Source: a virus
Virus record (IMG/VR): IMGVR_UViG_3300005805_000051
Coordinates: 44,996 to 108,995 of that record
Direction: 5' to 3' (one strand)
Length of the DNA stretch: 64,000 nt
Shown: in pieces, positions 55,056 to 64,000 of the stretch
Layout of the letters: each line of letters opens with the position of its first letter
How positions within the stretch are numbered: the stretch's first letter is position 1
Program-made: the position numbers and the translations under genes
Notes under the pieces: generated by a model
Database searches by the model: none
The model's input: the letters and a program-made list of their open reading frames with translations, nothing else
What the model was told of the DNA's origin: nothing

Positions 55056-55751
55056 TTACAGACTTGCTGTACCAGAAGCAGCTAACAGAATGAAGTAATC
55101 ACTGCCGTTGATTCGAACACGCAGCTTATGAGTCGCGCCGGCCACGGCGGTATTCGAAAGAAGCGTCGTAATGTTTCCACTTGCGGCGGCCACGTTTGCA
55201 GAGACATTTGCTTGACCATTCTTACCGATATCAAACAAGTATAGCGTCTGTGCGCTGGTCGAGTTTGATGCGGCGTCCGCAAATGTGATAAACGATTGGA
55301 GATTCGCAACACGCGCACCGGTGTTTGCAACTTCAATCAACAGACCGCTAGTATTGGCAATCGTGCTAGTGGCGTTGCTGACATCCAGCACGAACTTCGC
55401 CGCCGCATGTTCAACCTTTACGTTGGCGGCCGCCCCGCTCAAGAGTGACTTTGCGACCAATCCATACTGGTAGGAGGTATTTGCCGAGGTTGCGGTGACA
55501 TTGACGATGAACTCCGCACCTTTGATCGCAGCAGATGCCCCTGTCGTGACGACATTTGACGTTACGATGGCTTTCACCCCCACCGAATCTGTCGATGCCG
55601 CAGCGACGTCGTATGCAAGACCCGTCAGAACACTTTCTGCGGTCATCTTCTTGGTGATGGGCGTGCCACTCGGGTCATCAACGACCACAAACAGGTCGCC
55701 TTTTGCGAGTTGCGTCAGCGCAGTGAGTTCTGTAATTTTCTTATCGGCCAT
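55056..55751 (-). CDS. Virion structural / fibre-like protein
   Basis: MADKKITELTAL..DLFVVVDDP.GTP..KK; C-terminal LRVRINGSDYFILL. Confidence 0.7.
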   Translation of the reverse strand: MADKKITELTALTQLAKGDLFVVVDDPSGTPITKKMTAESVLTGLAYDVAAASTDSVGVKAIVTSNVVTTGASAAIKGAEFIVNVTATSANTSYQYGLVAKSLLSGAAANVKVEHAAAKFVLDVSNATSTIANTSGLLIEVANTGARVANLQSFITFADAASNSTSAQTLYLFDIGKNGQANVSANVAAASGNITTLLSNTAVAGATHKLRVRINGSDYFILLAASGTASL

Positions 55752-55785
55752 GATTGTTGTTACCCGCTAAATGAATATATCGTAG

Positions 55786-56004
55786 TTAGGCGCCCTGAGA
55801 TGCCTGAGAGTTTTGCAAGAAAAAGTCGCACGACTGAATAGCACCCGTTAGCATTGCCATCTGTTGTTGCGTCCGCCCAACTTCACCACTTAACTTTTCA
55901 AGCGTACCCTGCAACTCTTGAAGTTTCTTGACCCACTCTTCGCGTTGCTTGGTAATAGTTTCCTGACTAACTCCCGTTAAATCCACGTTTAGTTCGTTGC
56001 TCAT
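55786..56004 (-). CDS. Small coiled-coil protein
   Basis: Heptad repeat ending L.GAIQ.CD.FL; SD GGAGG. Confidence 0.7.
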   Translation of the reverse strand: MSNELNVDLTGVSQETITKQREEWVKKLQELQGTLEKLSGEVGRTQQQMAMLTGAIQSCDFFLQNSQASQGA

Positions 56005-56039
56005 AATTCCTCCATTAAAAGTGAGCGGTTCCTCTGTTC

Positions 56040-57233
56040 CTATTTAGCGTCCTTCAACCGCTGTCGTTCTTGGGCTTTGACCCCCAAATCGTGCTTGAGA
56101 TGCCGCTTTGGGCTAATGACCACGAACGACTTTTCGTTCGGAGTATCCGACGGCACCTTTCCCCCGTTATTGGCTAACGGCGGCTCCACCTCGACGGACA
56201 CCCCAGATTGAGGATATGCGATGACTTCCGTGTTCGGAGGCTCGACCACCCGCGGCCGCACCGCTCCGAGCGTCTCGTCCTTGATTGCAGGGTCTTCGTC
56301 CGTTTCAAAGACTGCATGCAATGTACCGGTTAGGTCGTCTTCGTCGTCATCGTAAACCACGACATCGGACTGCTCATCCTCGGGTATCTCAGTCTTTGGT
56401 GCAGTGACGGAAACATCCTCGTCGTCATCTGCTTCGAATACCGCTGGCAGTGTATCGATGAGCGAAGCGTCGTCGTCCTCGTTCTCATCTTCATCAAACA
56501 CGAAAACGGGTGAGTCGTCATTCGACGGGGGGTCTTCGGGCGCTTGAAACGACGCGTCCTCGTCGTCCTCATCATCGGTTTCAAACACCGCATGCAGCGT
56601 GTTGCGAAACGATTCGTCTTCTTCGGTCAGCATCGGAGGATGCCCGAAATCAATATCCAGTTCCATCTCCCACTCCTCTGCGATTCGTTGAATACTACGC
56701 ATCGCATCTTTGACATCCGTGGTTGCGGCACGGCTAATCACAATCGCTTGAAACCCCTTGAAGTCATTGGCCCGCGCGGCTGACCGTGCAGCGGTGCCAC
56801 TGATTTTTGACGCGTCCCATGCCCCCGTTCGAGGCATCGATGAAATTTTTACGGTGAGGGTGCCTTTGGGGTCTTCTGCTTGCGACCATGACCGTGCGAG
56901 TCTCCGAAAACTATCGAGTCGGTCATCCCCGACATACATGAGGACATCGGTGATGCCTTGTTCTTTTGCCCATGTCAATGCCACCGCAGGATTGGTGACC
57001 GTTTTTGGTCCGACCTTGACCCGAGACATCGACCGTAATGCCGGGGTCAGCAGTTGCACTTTCTGTCGGTAACTAAGTGGATTTCGTGCATCTTGGGTGA
57101 GCGACGGGAACACATACACCGTTGCGTTGGTGCGTTCTGCTTGGGTCGATGCGGCGTTAAACAGGCGTTCGTGCCCCTTTGTGGGGGGTTGAAACCGACC
57201 AAAAATAAGAATCGCCCGCCGGGGAGTCGCCAT
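56040..57233 (-). CDS. Cytidyltransferase-like (T/HxGH) nucleotidyltransferase with an acidic repeat tail
   Basis: FGRFQPPTKGH, NPL.Y..K, VG.DR, ISGT.AR..A...DF..F. Confidence 0.85.
   Translation of the reverse strand: MATPRRAILIFGRFQPPTKGHERLFNAASTQAERTNATVYVFPSLTQDARNPLSYRQKVQLLTPALRSMSRVKVGPKTVTNPAVALTWAKEQGITDVLMYVGDDRLDSFRRLARSWSQAEDPKGTLTVKISSMPRTGAWDASKISGTAARSAARANDFKGFQAIVISRAATTDVKDAMRSIQRIAEEWEMELDIDFGHPPMLTEEDESFRNTLHAVFETDDEDDEDASFQAPEDPPSNDDSPVFVFDEDENEDDDASLIDTLPAVFEADDDEDVSVTAPKTEIPEDEQSDVVVYDDDEDDLTGTLHAVFETDEDPAIKDETLGAVRPRVVEPPNTEVIAYPQSGVSVEVEPPLANNGGKVPSDTPNEKSFVVISPKRHLKHDLGVKAQERQRLKDAK
56290..56630 (-). repeat. Degenerate tandem repeat encoding TL(H/P)AVFE(T/A)D plus acidic runs, three copies
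   Basis: TLHAVFETDDEDDED, TLPAVFEADDDED, TLHAVFETDEDP. Confidence 0.7.
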
Positions 57234-57244
57234 AATAAAATACC

Positions 57245-57853
57245 TTATGCAGATTCGCCTAGCAAAGTGCGAAGTTGTGGGAGAGTTCGTGCGGTGGTAA
57301 TGTGCTGAATCCCTTCACCAGACCCGAGTTGTTCCCATTCGCGAATATTCTTCTTGAAGTCGTCAATCAGAATGGACGGCTGTCGTCCTTCCATTTTGTC
57401 GATCAACGCATACTTGGATTTGTCTTTGCGAGTACCGACAAAGACTTTGCGCGGGTCGATTTGAAAATGACGATACATCCAATCTTTCTTGTCCAGAATC
57501 GCACGAGAATGCAGGAGTTCATTCGGTACCGCAGTCAGAATGAACAGATTGATTCGTTTCTCGCGTTCGAGTTGCTTCAACACCCGCATCAGGGCTGCGG
57601 CATCAGGCAACGCCGTCAACTGAGCGAAAATGTCGGGATGTTCTTCATGCACCTGCTCCCACGCATGGGGCTTCGACAGGAACTTTTCGACGGCTGCGGA
57701 ACCTGAGAGATTATAGAGACGCTCCATGCCACCGATGAAGTCGGCTAGCACTCCGTCCATATCACAGTAGACATTCCGCACCCGTTTGTCGGACAATGCG
57801 CCGTACCGTTCAAGAAGAAGGAGGCCGCTGGTGGAAAAGGACAATTGTTGCAT
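57245..57853 (-). CDS. HAD 5'(3')-deoxyribonucleotidase-like protein
   Basis: YCDMDGVLADF, ILTA, K..W, ILIDD..KNI.EW..G. Confidence 0.9.
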   Translation of the reverse strand: MQQLSFSTSGLLLLERYGALSDKRVRNVYCDMDGVLADFIGGMERLYNLSGSAAVEKFLSKPHAWEQVHEEHPDIFAQLTALPDAAALMRVLKQLEREKRINLFILTAVPNELLHSRAILDKKDWMYRHFQIDPRKVFVGTRKDKSKYALIDKMEGRQPSILIDDFKKNIREWEQLGSGEGIQHITTARTLPQLRTLLGESA

Positions 57854-57854
57854 A

Positions 57855-58043
57855 TTAGCCTTGATGCTTGAAGAACTGAATCCGTCGTTCCTGTTTTGCG
57901 ACCCATGCTTCGGACGGTTTTCCGTGACCTTTATAATAGGCTAACGGCCGGCCGGTTTTCTTGGACACGAGCGCCCACCGACCGTTGACCTGCTTGAGCG
58001 TTTCTGTCAGCGATTGCTGGAGAAACTCATGGAACGACAACAT
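57855..58043 (-). CDS. Small putative head internal protein
   Basis: MLSFHEFLQQSLTE N-terminus; late promoter at 58056-58050. Confidence 0.7.
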   Translation of the reverse strand: MLSFHEFLQQSLTETLKQVNGRWALVSKKTGRPLAYYKGHGKPSEAWVAKQERRIQFFKHQG

Positions 58044-58077
58044 ATCCTGTATTTAGGAGTCTGTTATCGTGACGGGG

Positions 58078-58890
58078 TTATCCCAAGACAAACCCCCGAC
58101 CCTTGAAACGAAGCGGGTCAGGAATCATCGGTCGAAACGATGGCAATAGTTGTACCAGCGGGGTCATCACCTCGTTCCACGCTTTGACCTTGCGGAACAA
58201 CCGTTGAATCGCCGGATGGTGTTCGTCGCCATGAAAGACATCGTGATAATAACTCAGTGACGGGAGTTGCCGGGGTCCGCGAAAGTTTTCACGAAACGCT
58301 TTCATCGTGAGGGGTTGATTCGGATAGAGGCAATACCATTCTTCCACACAATCGTGGGCATACGCTTCCACCTCATCAATTTCCCCCAAATAGCGTTGCT
58401 CGACCAGATGATACTTGTCCATCAAGGCATGGTTATGGGGGCGGAACACAAGCCCTGAATGAGCATGACGACCCGACGCAAACTGCGCCCGATGGACGAG
58501 TTCGTGCAGCAGAGTCTTATGGAACCGATAACGGAAGAACTCCCACGACTGTGAACTGAAATCAAACCGGCGGCTCAGGGGGTCGATGCCGATAATAATC
58601 TCAATCCGGGCATCTCTTTTCAGCGAGGCACTGGGCTCATAACAAAACGCACTCATCAGGGGATACCACTGCAAGGACGGTCCGGCCCCGCAGAATTCCC
58701 GTTCCACTTTCGCACTGACCGTCGTCCGATGCGGCTTCAGCACTTTTCGCAACTGTTCCACAAAGGTCTTGATGTTGGTTTTGCGCCCCTGCCCCGTCCG
58801 AGTCTGGGCACGGAGAAACACTTCATCAATCGCTGGAGCCATGTCAGTGAATTGCGTCATCACGAAGGTGTGTAATGATTGAACGTTCAT
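58078..58890 (-). CDS. HExxH metallopeptidase-like protein
   Basis: LHELVHRAQ..YL...DEVEAYAH. Confidence 0.7.
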   Translation of the reverse strand: MNVQSLHTFVMTQFTDMAPAIDEVFLRAQTRTGQGRKTNIKTFVEQLRKVLKPHRTTVSAKVEREFCGAGPSLQWYPLMSAFCYEPSASLKRDARIEIIIGIDPLSRRFDFSSQSWEFFRYRFHKTLLHELVHRAQFASGRHAHSGLVFRPHNHALMDKYHLVEQRYLGEIDEVEAYAHDCVEEWYCLYPNQPLTMKAFRENFRGPRQLPSLSYYHDVFHGDEHHPAIQRLFRKVKAWNEVMTPLVQLLPSFRPMIPDPLRFKGRGFVLG

Positions 58891-58953
58891 TTCGACCTCC
58901 TGATGTGTGCGGGAGAGGACATCTCTCCGCGCACACTATTTAGGGTTTCACTT

Positions 58954-60369
58954 CTAGGCAAAGGTAATTTTCGGGGCCCCCATCGCCGTGGCACTTTTCG
59001 CCCCGCGCAGTCGCGACGGTATTTCTGGCTTCTGCACTTCTCGTGGTTGTGCTGACCGCGCGGGAATCGGGTCGGACAGGTAATCCTGCTTCGCGGCGTT
59101 CCCAAGCTTCATCCGCGACCGATCCACCTTCAGCGTAAACCGCCGATATTTGTTCGGGTCAGCATAGCGATTCTTCAACTGTTTGACCATGACCAACCCG
59201 TTTTGTTCCAGCTCTTCGCTCGTGACCACCGCAATCTGTAAATCTGCGGTCTGCGGGAGTCCGAACGATTCGCTGGTATTCGTGAGCGACGGGTCGCTGC
59301 TATCAAACCCTTCGCGATTGAACTGCGTCGCAGTCAAACATGGAATGCTGTATTCCACCGCCAGTCCCCGCAGTTCTTCGGCGATGGATTTGACATAGGT
59401 ATAGGAGTTCGTCTGCCCGTTCTGCTTGAATCGCACCGACGAACAGATATTGATATAGTCCACAATTAGCAAGTCTGGAACGAACTGCTTCTTCAATGCA
59501 AGTTCGTCCAGCAGGGTACGAAAGTGACCGACATGCCCGCCGCTGGTGGGATACTCTTTGATGATCATTTTCCCGAGTTGCTGCCGCGTCGTTAGTTTCT
59601 TGAACGCACTCTCATACATCGGTCGTGGCATTTCCGACAACATATCCATCGTCACGTCGAGTAAGTTCGCATCGATACGCTGGGCGATGCGTTCTTCCGC
59701 CATCTCCAGCGTGATGTACAACACGCGTTTACCTTGCAGCAAGGTACTCGCTGCAACATGACACATGAACAAGGACTTACCGACACCGGTACCTGCGACA
59801 ATCACATTCAAGGTTTTCGGTGTCAGTCCGCCACCGGTAATCGTATTCATCAAATCCAAATCGAACGGAATCCGTACATGGTCTTGATGATACAGGTCAT
59901 ACCGCAGCGGCATATCTTCCACATAATCATGACCGATGTGGGTGTGAAAGCCGACCCCGAGGGCGTCCTTCAACAGACCCGGCACCGCGGCAGCCGAATC
60001 CACCCCCTTGTCAATCAGGGTGATGGATTCGGAAATCGCGAGATACAACGCGCGTTGCTTACAGAACTCTTCGGTTTGGTCGATGAGCCACTGTCGACGA
60101 CTGCTGTCGACCCGCTCCACCTTGATGACCTCTTCCAAGAGGGCGGTCGCGTTTTCATACGCCGACCCCGAGAGGGAGGCTTTCTCCAACGCCAGCTTCA
60201 ACGCATCGACAGTCGGGGGCACATTATAGTCTGTAATGAAGGACTGAATGTGCGTATAGACCTGCTGCGTGGCCGGTGCGGCGAAATACTCCTTCTTCAG
60301 AAACGGCAAGACGCGACGCGCAAAATCATCATCACGAATCAAGTGCGCGAGAATCAGGGGTTCAATCAT
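58954..60369 (-). CDS. gp41: Replicative helicase gp41
   Basis: AGTGVGKS, ITLEMAEERIA.RIDAN, KEYPT, IAEELRGLAVE, SESFGLP.TAD, KQLKNRY. Confidence 0.97.
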   Translation of the reverse strand: MIEPLILAHLIRDDDFARRVLPFLKKEYFAAPATQQVYTHIQSFITDYNVPPTVDALKLALEKASLSGSAYENATALLEEVIKVERVDSSRRQWLIDQTEEFCKQRALYLAISESITLIDKGVDSAAAVPGLLKDALGVGFHTHIGHDYVEDMPLRYDLYHQDHVRIPFDLDLMNTITGGGLTPKTLNVIVAGTGVGKSLFMCHVAASTLLQGKRVLYITLEMAEERIAQRIDANLLDVTMDMLSEMPRPMYESAFKKLTTRQQLGKMIIKEYPTSGGHVGHFRTLLDELALKKQFVPDLLIVDYINICSSVRFKQNGQTNSYTYVKSIAEELRGLAVEYSIPCLTATQFNREGFDSSDPSLTNTSESFGLPQTADLQIAVVTSEELEQNGLVMVKQLKNRYADPNKYRRFTLKVDRSRMKLGNAAKQDYLSDPIPARSAQPREVQKPEIPSRLRGAKSATAMGAPKITFA

Positions 60370-61424
60370 TCCTCGCCCTCATCCATTGAAGGATTGAGAG
60401 TCGTCATGCTCCCATAGCTGAAGTTCGGCTTCACAAACTTCTCATCCAACTGGGTCAGGAAGTCGTCCGTGAAATACTGCTCAGGGGCTTCCGCGACCTT
60501 CGAGGCGAAGACCGCTTTATCGGAGCCGGGAAAGGTCAGACGACCCGCACTACTCTTGATGAGTCCTGCGGCAATGCCCATGTCAATCAACCCGTAGTGC
60601 TTATCGAGGCCGCCCGCATACGAGATGCGGCACTCGCTTTCTGTGTTCTCACGACTCAACCGCGACTTGAACATCTTGACGGTCACGATGCTTCCGATGA
60701 CATTCTTGTCCTTGTCCTTCTCTTTGGACTTGGACAGCATTGCAATGGAGTCGCTGACATAGATGAGTCCCGATCCACCGCTAATCGCTTTCGTTGGGAC
60801 ATACGCACCCACGACCGCGTAAACATGATTCGTGACAATCATCGGGACACTCAGCTTCGCCAGTCGCAGACGCAGCACACGGAACGTACCACGAATCAAC
60901 TGGGCTTTTGTCATGTCTCGTGAATCCTTCTGGTCGCGGACATCCTGCACTTCTTTGAGTGAGGACATATTGCCAAGCGAATCCAGCACCATAATCATCG
61001 GGTCGGTAGACTTGCTTTCCTCATAATTATCGAGAATCGCGACCGCTGACTGACGGAACTGCTCAATCGTCTCCGGCTCCACCTTGATGATGCGGGTGAT
61101 GTCCAGCCCACGATCGGTGAGCATTTGATTGGTCACCGCCGATTCGGTGTCAAAGTAGACGACGACGCCTTTCGGATTCTGTTCCATCCACGACTTGAGA
61201 ATCCCCAAGACGAAGAAGGTCTTGCCGGTACTGGACTCGCCCGCAAAGACCGTAATCTTGTTGTCGGGCATCCCCCCAAACAACGACCCGCTTAATGCGG
61301 CGTTCAACGTATAACTGCCCGTGTCGATGAACTTTCCAAATTCTGCGGAGGATTTGCCTTCGACGGCAAGTGATGCAGAGGCAGGAACGTTTTTCAGTAG
61401 GGCCTTGAACAACGAATTGGACAT
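60366..61424 (-). CDS. uvsX: RecA-like recombinase UvsX
   Basis: DTGSY.LNA.LSGS..GG, AGESSTGKT, DMTKA, GGSGL.Y. Confidence 0.96.
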   Translation of the reverse strand: MSNSLFKALLKNVPASASLAVEGKSSAEFGKFIDTGSYTLNAALSGSLFGGMPDNKITVFAGESSTGKTFFVLGILKSWMEQNPKGVVVYFDTESAVTNQMLTDRGLDITRIIKVEPETIEQFRQSAVAILDNYEESKSTDPMIMVLDSLGNMSSLKEVQDVRDQKDSRDMTKAQLIRGTFRVLRLRLAKLSVPMIVTNHVYAVVGAYVPTKAISGGSGLIYVSDSIAMLSKSKEKDKDKNVIGSIVTVKMFKSRLSRENTESECRISYAGGLDKHYGLIDMGIAAGLIKSSAGRLTFPGSDKAVFASKVAEAPEQYFTDDFLTQLDEKFVKPNFSYGSMTTLNPSMDEGEE

Positions 61425-61457
61425 GTGTCCTCCTTATAAAGTACTAGTATAGCACAC

Positions 61458-62030
61458 CTACACGAACTGCGTATTGAAACTAATGGTAATCCGTAACTCT
61501 GACTCATTCTGTGGCACATAGTGCTGTAACCAACTCGGGAACAAGACAAGCTTGCCTGTCTCCGCAGAGACATGATGGGCATTGTTGATATACGGAGAAT
61601 TCCGTCCGGTGAATCGTTGCCGAACAGAATCCATCATACGGTAACTATCGAGTGGACTGATAAAAATCAAGTTCGCACTATTGGGATACACATGCGGATA
61701 GAACGCCCCACTGACCACACTTTCATGATGACGGTGAGCATCGACTGAACCGCCTTTCCGAAGAATATTCATCCAACTTGATCCGACGCGATTCGGAACG
61801 AGTCCGATTTCTTGTGAATACACATCCACGCATTCCTGAAACGCCGTATAGAGTGGGGCCAGTTCTGGAAGTTCCATTGGATTTCTCGCTCCCCGAATAC
61901 CCCGCACCGCGTTGTTATAGGAAGGTTGCATGTTCATCAACGCATCAACCACCGTGGAATTAGTCAGATGGGCTAGATTAAATTCCATGATGGGCGTCGG
62001 AAATAGCCACCGCACTTTATTAGTTTCCAT
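61458..62030 (-). CDS. 2OG-Fe(II) oxygenase (TIGR02466-like)
   Basis: LFPTP, SWMN, H.H..SVVSGAFY, LFPSWLQHYV, RITISFN. Confidence 0.9.
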   Translation of the reverse strand: METNKVRWLFPTPIMEFNLAHLTNSTVVDALMNMQPSYNNAVRGIRGARNPMELPELAPLYTAFQECVDVYSQEIGLVPNRVGSSWMNILRKGGSVDAHRHHESVVSGAFYPHVYPNSANLIFISPLDSYRMMDSVRQRFTGRNSPYINNAHHVSAETGKLVLFPSWLQHYVPQNESELRITISFNTQFV

Positions 62031-62056
62031 AACAATTCCTTTCAATCAACAGTTCG

Positions 62057-62992
62057 TTATATTAGTGGAGTCGGGACTGCGGCAATACGCGTCTCTGCAA
62101 TCTGAGCATACTCGGGATTCAACTCCACACCAATCCCGTTGCGACCGAGCCGCTTCGCGACCGCAAGGGTAGTGCCACTTCCGAGAAAGGGGTCTAGCAC
62201 TGTGTCATTCGGTTTACTTCCCGCGAGGATACACGGCTCCACAAGGGCTTCCGGGAAGGTTGCGAAGTGCGCGCCTTTAAAGTTGGAGGGATTAATCGTC
62301 CAGACACTCCGCTTATTGGCCATGGCATAGGATTTCGTCAATCCCGAATGCGGCTGCAATCCGCTACCCTCATTGTGGTATTTTCCGTGCTGACGGTCGC
62401 GAGTACCCCAATCCTGCTTGGCGGGGGTCTTGATCGCCTCCGCGTCAAAATAGTAGCGCGGCGATTTGGTCAATAGAAAGAGATACTCGTGTGACTTCGT
62501 ACAGCGGTCCTTCACACTCTCGGGCATACAACTGGTCTTGCTCCAAATGATGTCTTGACGCAGATACCAGCCGTCCTTCCGCAGCGCAAACGCCAGCATC
62601 CACGGAATGCCGATCAGGTCTTTAGATTTAATACCGAGAGGGGTAAGTGCTTTACGCTGATCCTGCTGACGAGTTTTCCGTTTGTCTCCGTTTACGTCGG
62701 ACTTCCATTCTGAACCATTTAAATCATGATTACTATATCCTGTTCCCGCATAACTGTCGCCGATGTTGACCCACAAGGTGCCATCCTCACGCAAGACCCG
62801 ACGCACCTCACGAAAGACGGAAACCAGTGCATCCACAAATGCATCGGGGGTGGGTTCCAGTCCAATCTGTTCTGACATACCGTAATCGCGTAGCCCAAAA
62901 TACGGCGGCGACGTGACACAGCATTGAATGCTGTTGTCGGGTAGCGTCTTCAGTTGTTCACGGACATCGCCGAGAAGAATAGTATGAGACAT
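62057..62992 (-). CDS. DNA methyltransferase (N4-C/N6-A, beta class)
   Basis: CVTSPPYFGLRDY, HFATFP, VLDPFLGSGTT. Confidence 0.95.
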   Translation of the reverse strand: MSHTILLGDVREQLKTLPDNSIQCCVTSPPYFGLRDYGMSEQIGLEPTPDAFVDALVSVFREVRRVLREDGTLWVNIGDSYAGTGYSNHDLNGSEWKSDVNGDKRKTRQQDQRKALTPLGIKSKDLIGIPWMLAFALRKDGWYLRQDIIWSKTSCMPESVKDRCTKSHEYLFLLTKSPRYYFDAEAIKTPAKQDWGTRDRQHGKYHNEGSGLQPHSGLTKSYAMANKRSVWTINPSNFKGAHFATFPEALVEPCILAGSKPNDTVLDPFLGSGTTLAVAKRLGRNGIGVELNPEYAQIAETRIAAVPTPLI

Positions 62993-62999
62993 CGTTGTA

Positions 63000-63479
63000 T
63001 TATACATCAAGAGTTGGAAGAAAAGAAACCACCATCGAAGGAAATGGCGCGGAGTTTTTTCCCTCACCAAACTTGAGGCGCCCTCGTATGAAATCTAAAT
63101 GAATGCCGGGTCGTGTTGTTTTTTGTCCGGCGTCCCACAAGCAGTCATGAAACCATCGGGTATCCGTGCGCGAAGGAATTAACATGATCGTATGGATACC
63201 ACGAGTGCGCTCGTGTGCCGCTTTGATGACAAACGCTCGACATTCAGAATAGGGCGGATTGCACCAATGTGCCCCATCCTCGACACGCCACGGTGTGGTT
63301 AGTGCGTTGCCGAGACATCCATCCCCACCGTCGAGTCCATAGTATCGGGCACACTTGCGATTGTGCTGCGTTGCTGCGGCATCCACACCAAACTGATAGG
63401 ATTCATTCAGCGTCAAGAAAAATGACAGCGGCGTCGCCCATTCATCACTGTTGCGGGAAAACAGCACCGTAGTATTCAT
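63000..63479 (-). CDS. Phage DNA N6-adenine methyltransferase
   Basis: EWATP, DAAA, WCNPPYS, LIPSRTDT.WF, GRLKF, APFPS. Confidence 0.92.
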   Translation of the reverse strand: MNTTVLFSRNSDEWATPLSFFLTLNESYQFGVDAAATQHNRKCARYYGLDGGDGCLGNALTTPWRVEDGAHWCNPPYSECRAFVIKAAHERTRGIHTIMLIPSRTDTRWFHDCLWDAGQKTTRPGIHLDFIRGRLKFGEGKNSAPFPSMVVSFLPTLDV

Positions 63480-63497
63480 TTTAATAAGATTCTGTTT

Positions 63498-64000
63498 CTA
63501 AAAGAGGGTTGCCATTGGACGAATCGCCCACCCTGCAACCTGAATAATATTTTCGAGCGGTGACAACACCGACTTCTCAAACTGTAACGAGCGATCCAGA
63601 TAGCGTTCCAGATTCCATTCGGCGGGTAAGGTGTTCGGTGCGGCAATCACATTACACCGCAACGGATTCTGTGGTTTCAAATAACAGAACCGAATCTTCT
63701 CCGAGTTCCGAATTTTCGGATACTTGTGCGTCAGCTTCGTCCGTTCCAACTCACGATTGAAGGTGATCGCCCCCTTCACATGAATCGGGGTAGCCGGCAA
63801 GAACTCTCCTTCGCCGGGATCGTAGGTGTCTAACCCATTCACACTCCGGGGTGACGCAATGTCTTCAAAGGGTCGCGTCAAAAACCCTTCTTCCGCTTCA
63901 TCCAGTAGGGTATAGAAATGATCTTGGTCATTTTGCAGGAAATATTCTAGACTCTTTTTAATAATCTCCCGCGCATATTTCGGCGTCGAACTACGCACAG
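63498..64000 (-). CDS. gp43: DNA polymerase gp43 (family B), C-terminal part
   Basis: VRSSTP, PIHVKGA..N, EKI.F.YLK..NP, QFEK, clamp-binding TLF tail. Confidence 0.93.
   Translation of the reverse strand, partial: VRSSTPKYAREIIKKSLEYFLQNDQDHFYTLLDEAEEGFLTRPFEDIASPRSVNGLDTYDPGEGEFLPATPIHVKGAITFNRELERTKLTHKYPKIRNSEKIRFCYLKPQNPLRCNVIAAPNTLPAEWNLERYLDRSLQFEKSVLSPLENIIQVAGWAIRPMATLF

Noticed and set aside
4135-60417. Long antisense ORFs such as 4135-4728, 9172-9753, 50525-51358 and 59734-60417
   Set aside because: They are shadows of conserved minus-strand genes, with no motifs or expression signals of their own
49385-61424. Inteins in NrdJ, primase, helicase or UvsX
   Set aside because: Lengths are normal and no intein junction motifs or inserts are visible
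1-64000. Stop-codon reassignment
   Set aside because: Core genes are full length under the standard code, all three stop codons end conserved genes, and no suppressor tRNA is evident
1-64000. CRISPR array, DGR or retron
   Set aside because: No regularly spaced repeats, reverse transcriptase or TR/VR pair seen by eye

Overview
A 64 kb segment of a large T4-like myophage genome, mostly encoded on the minus strand. It holds a baseplate/tail module (gp7 partial, gp6, gp25, split gp5, gp27-like hub, gp53, gp48, gp4, gp2, gp54/gp19-like, gp26, gp51, tape measure with a lysozyme domain), gp32 and gp33. The replication and nucleotide genes are NrdJ, ThyX, gp61 primase, gp41 helicase, UvsX, the gp43 C-terminus and a RuvC-like resolvase. 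There are six tRNAs, two free-standing GIY-YIG endonucleases, three DNA methyltransferases and a large accessory region. The most notable features are: (1) a circularly permuted two-piece tmRNA gene with tag ATDTYQFAMAA; (2) an unannotated ~300-nt pseudoknotted RNA behind a near-consensus sigma70 promoter and followed by an AT-rich tract; (3) a nucleotide-heptose pathway (GmhA, HddA, GmhB, HxGH nucleotidyltransferase) clustered with a GT4 glycosyltransferase and a methyltransferase; (4) modular polyproteins whose small domains are separated by gp21-type L/I-x-E sites, plus several proteins with T4 internal-protein-like N-termini; (5) an in-frame U-UUU-UUA slippery site that would fuse gp26 to gp51 just before the tape measure gene; (6) a Tat-exported tyrosinase; (7) a tRNA-Ile(UAU) with a long variable arm. 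Protein calls come from motif recognition and synteny by eye; no database searches were run.
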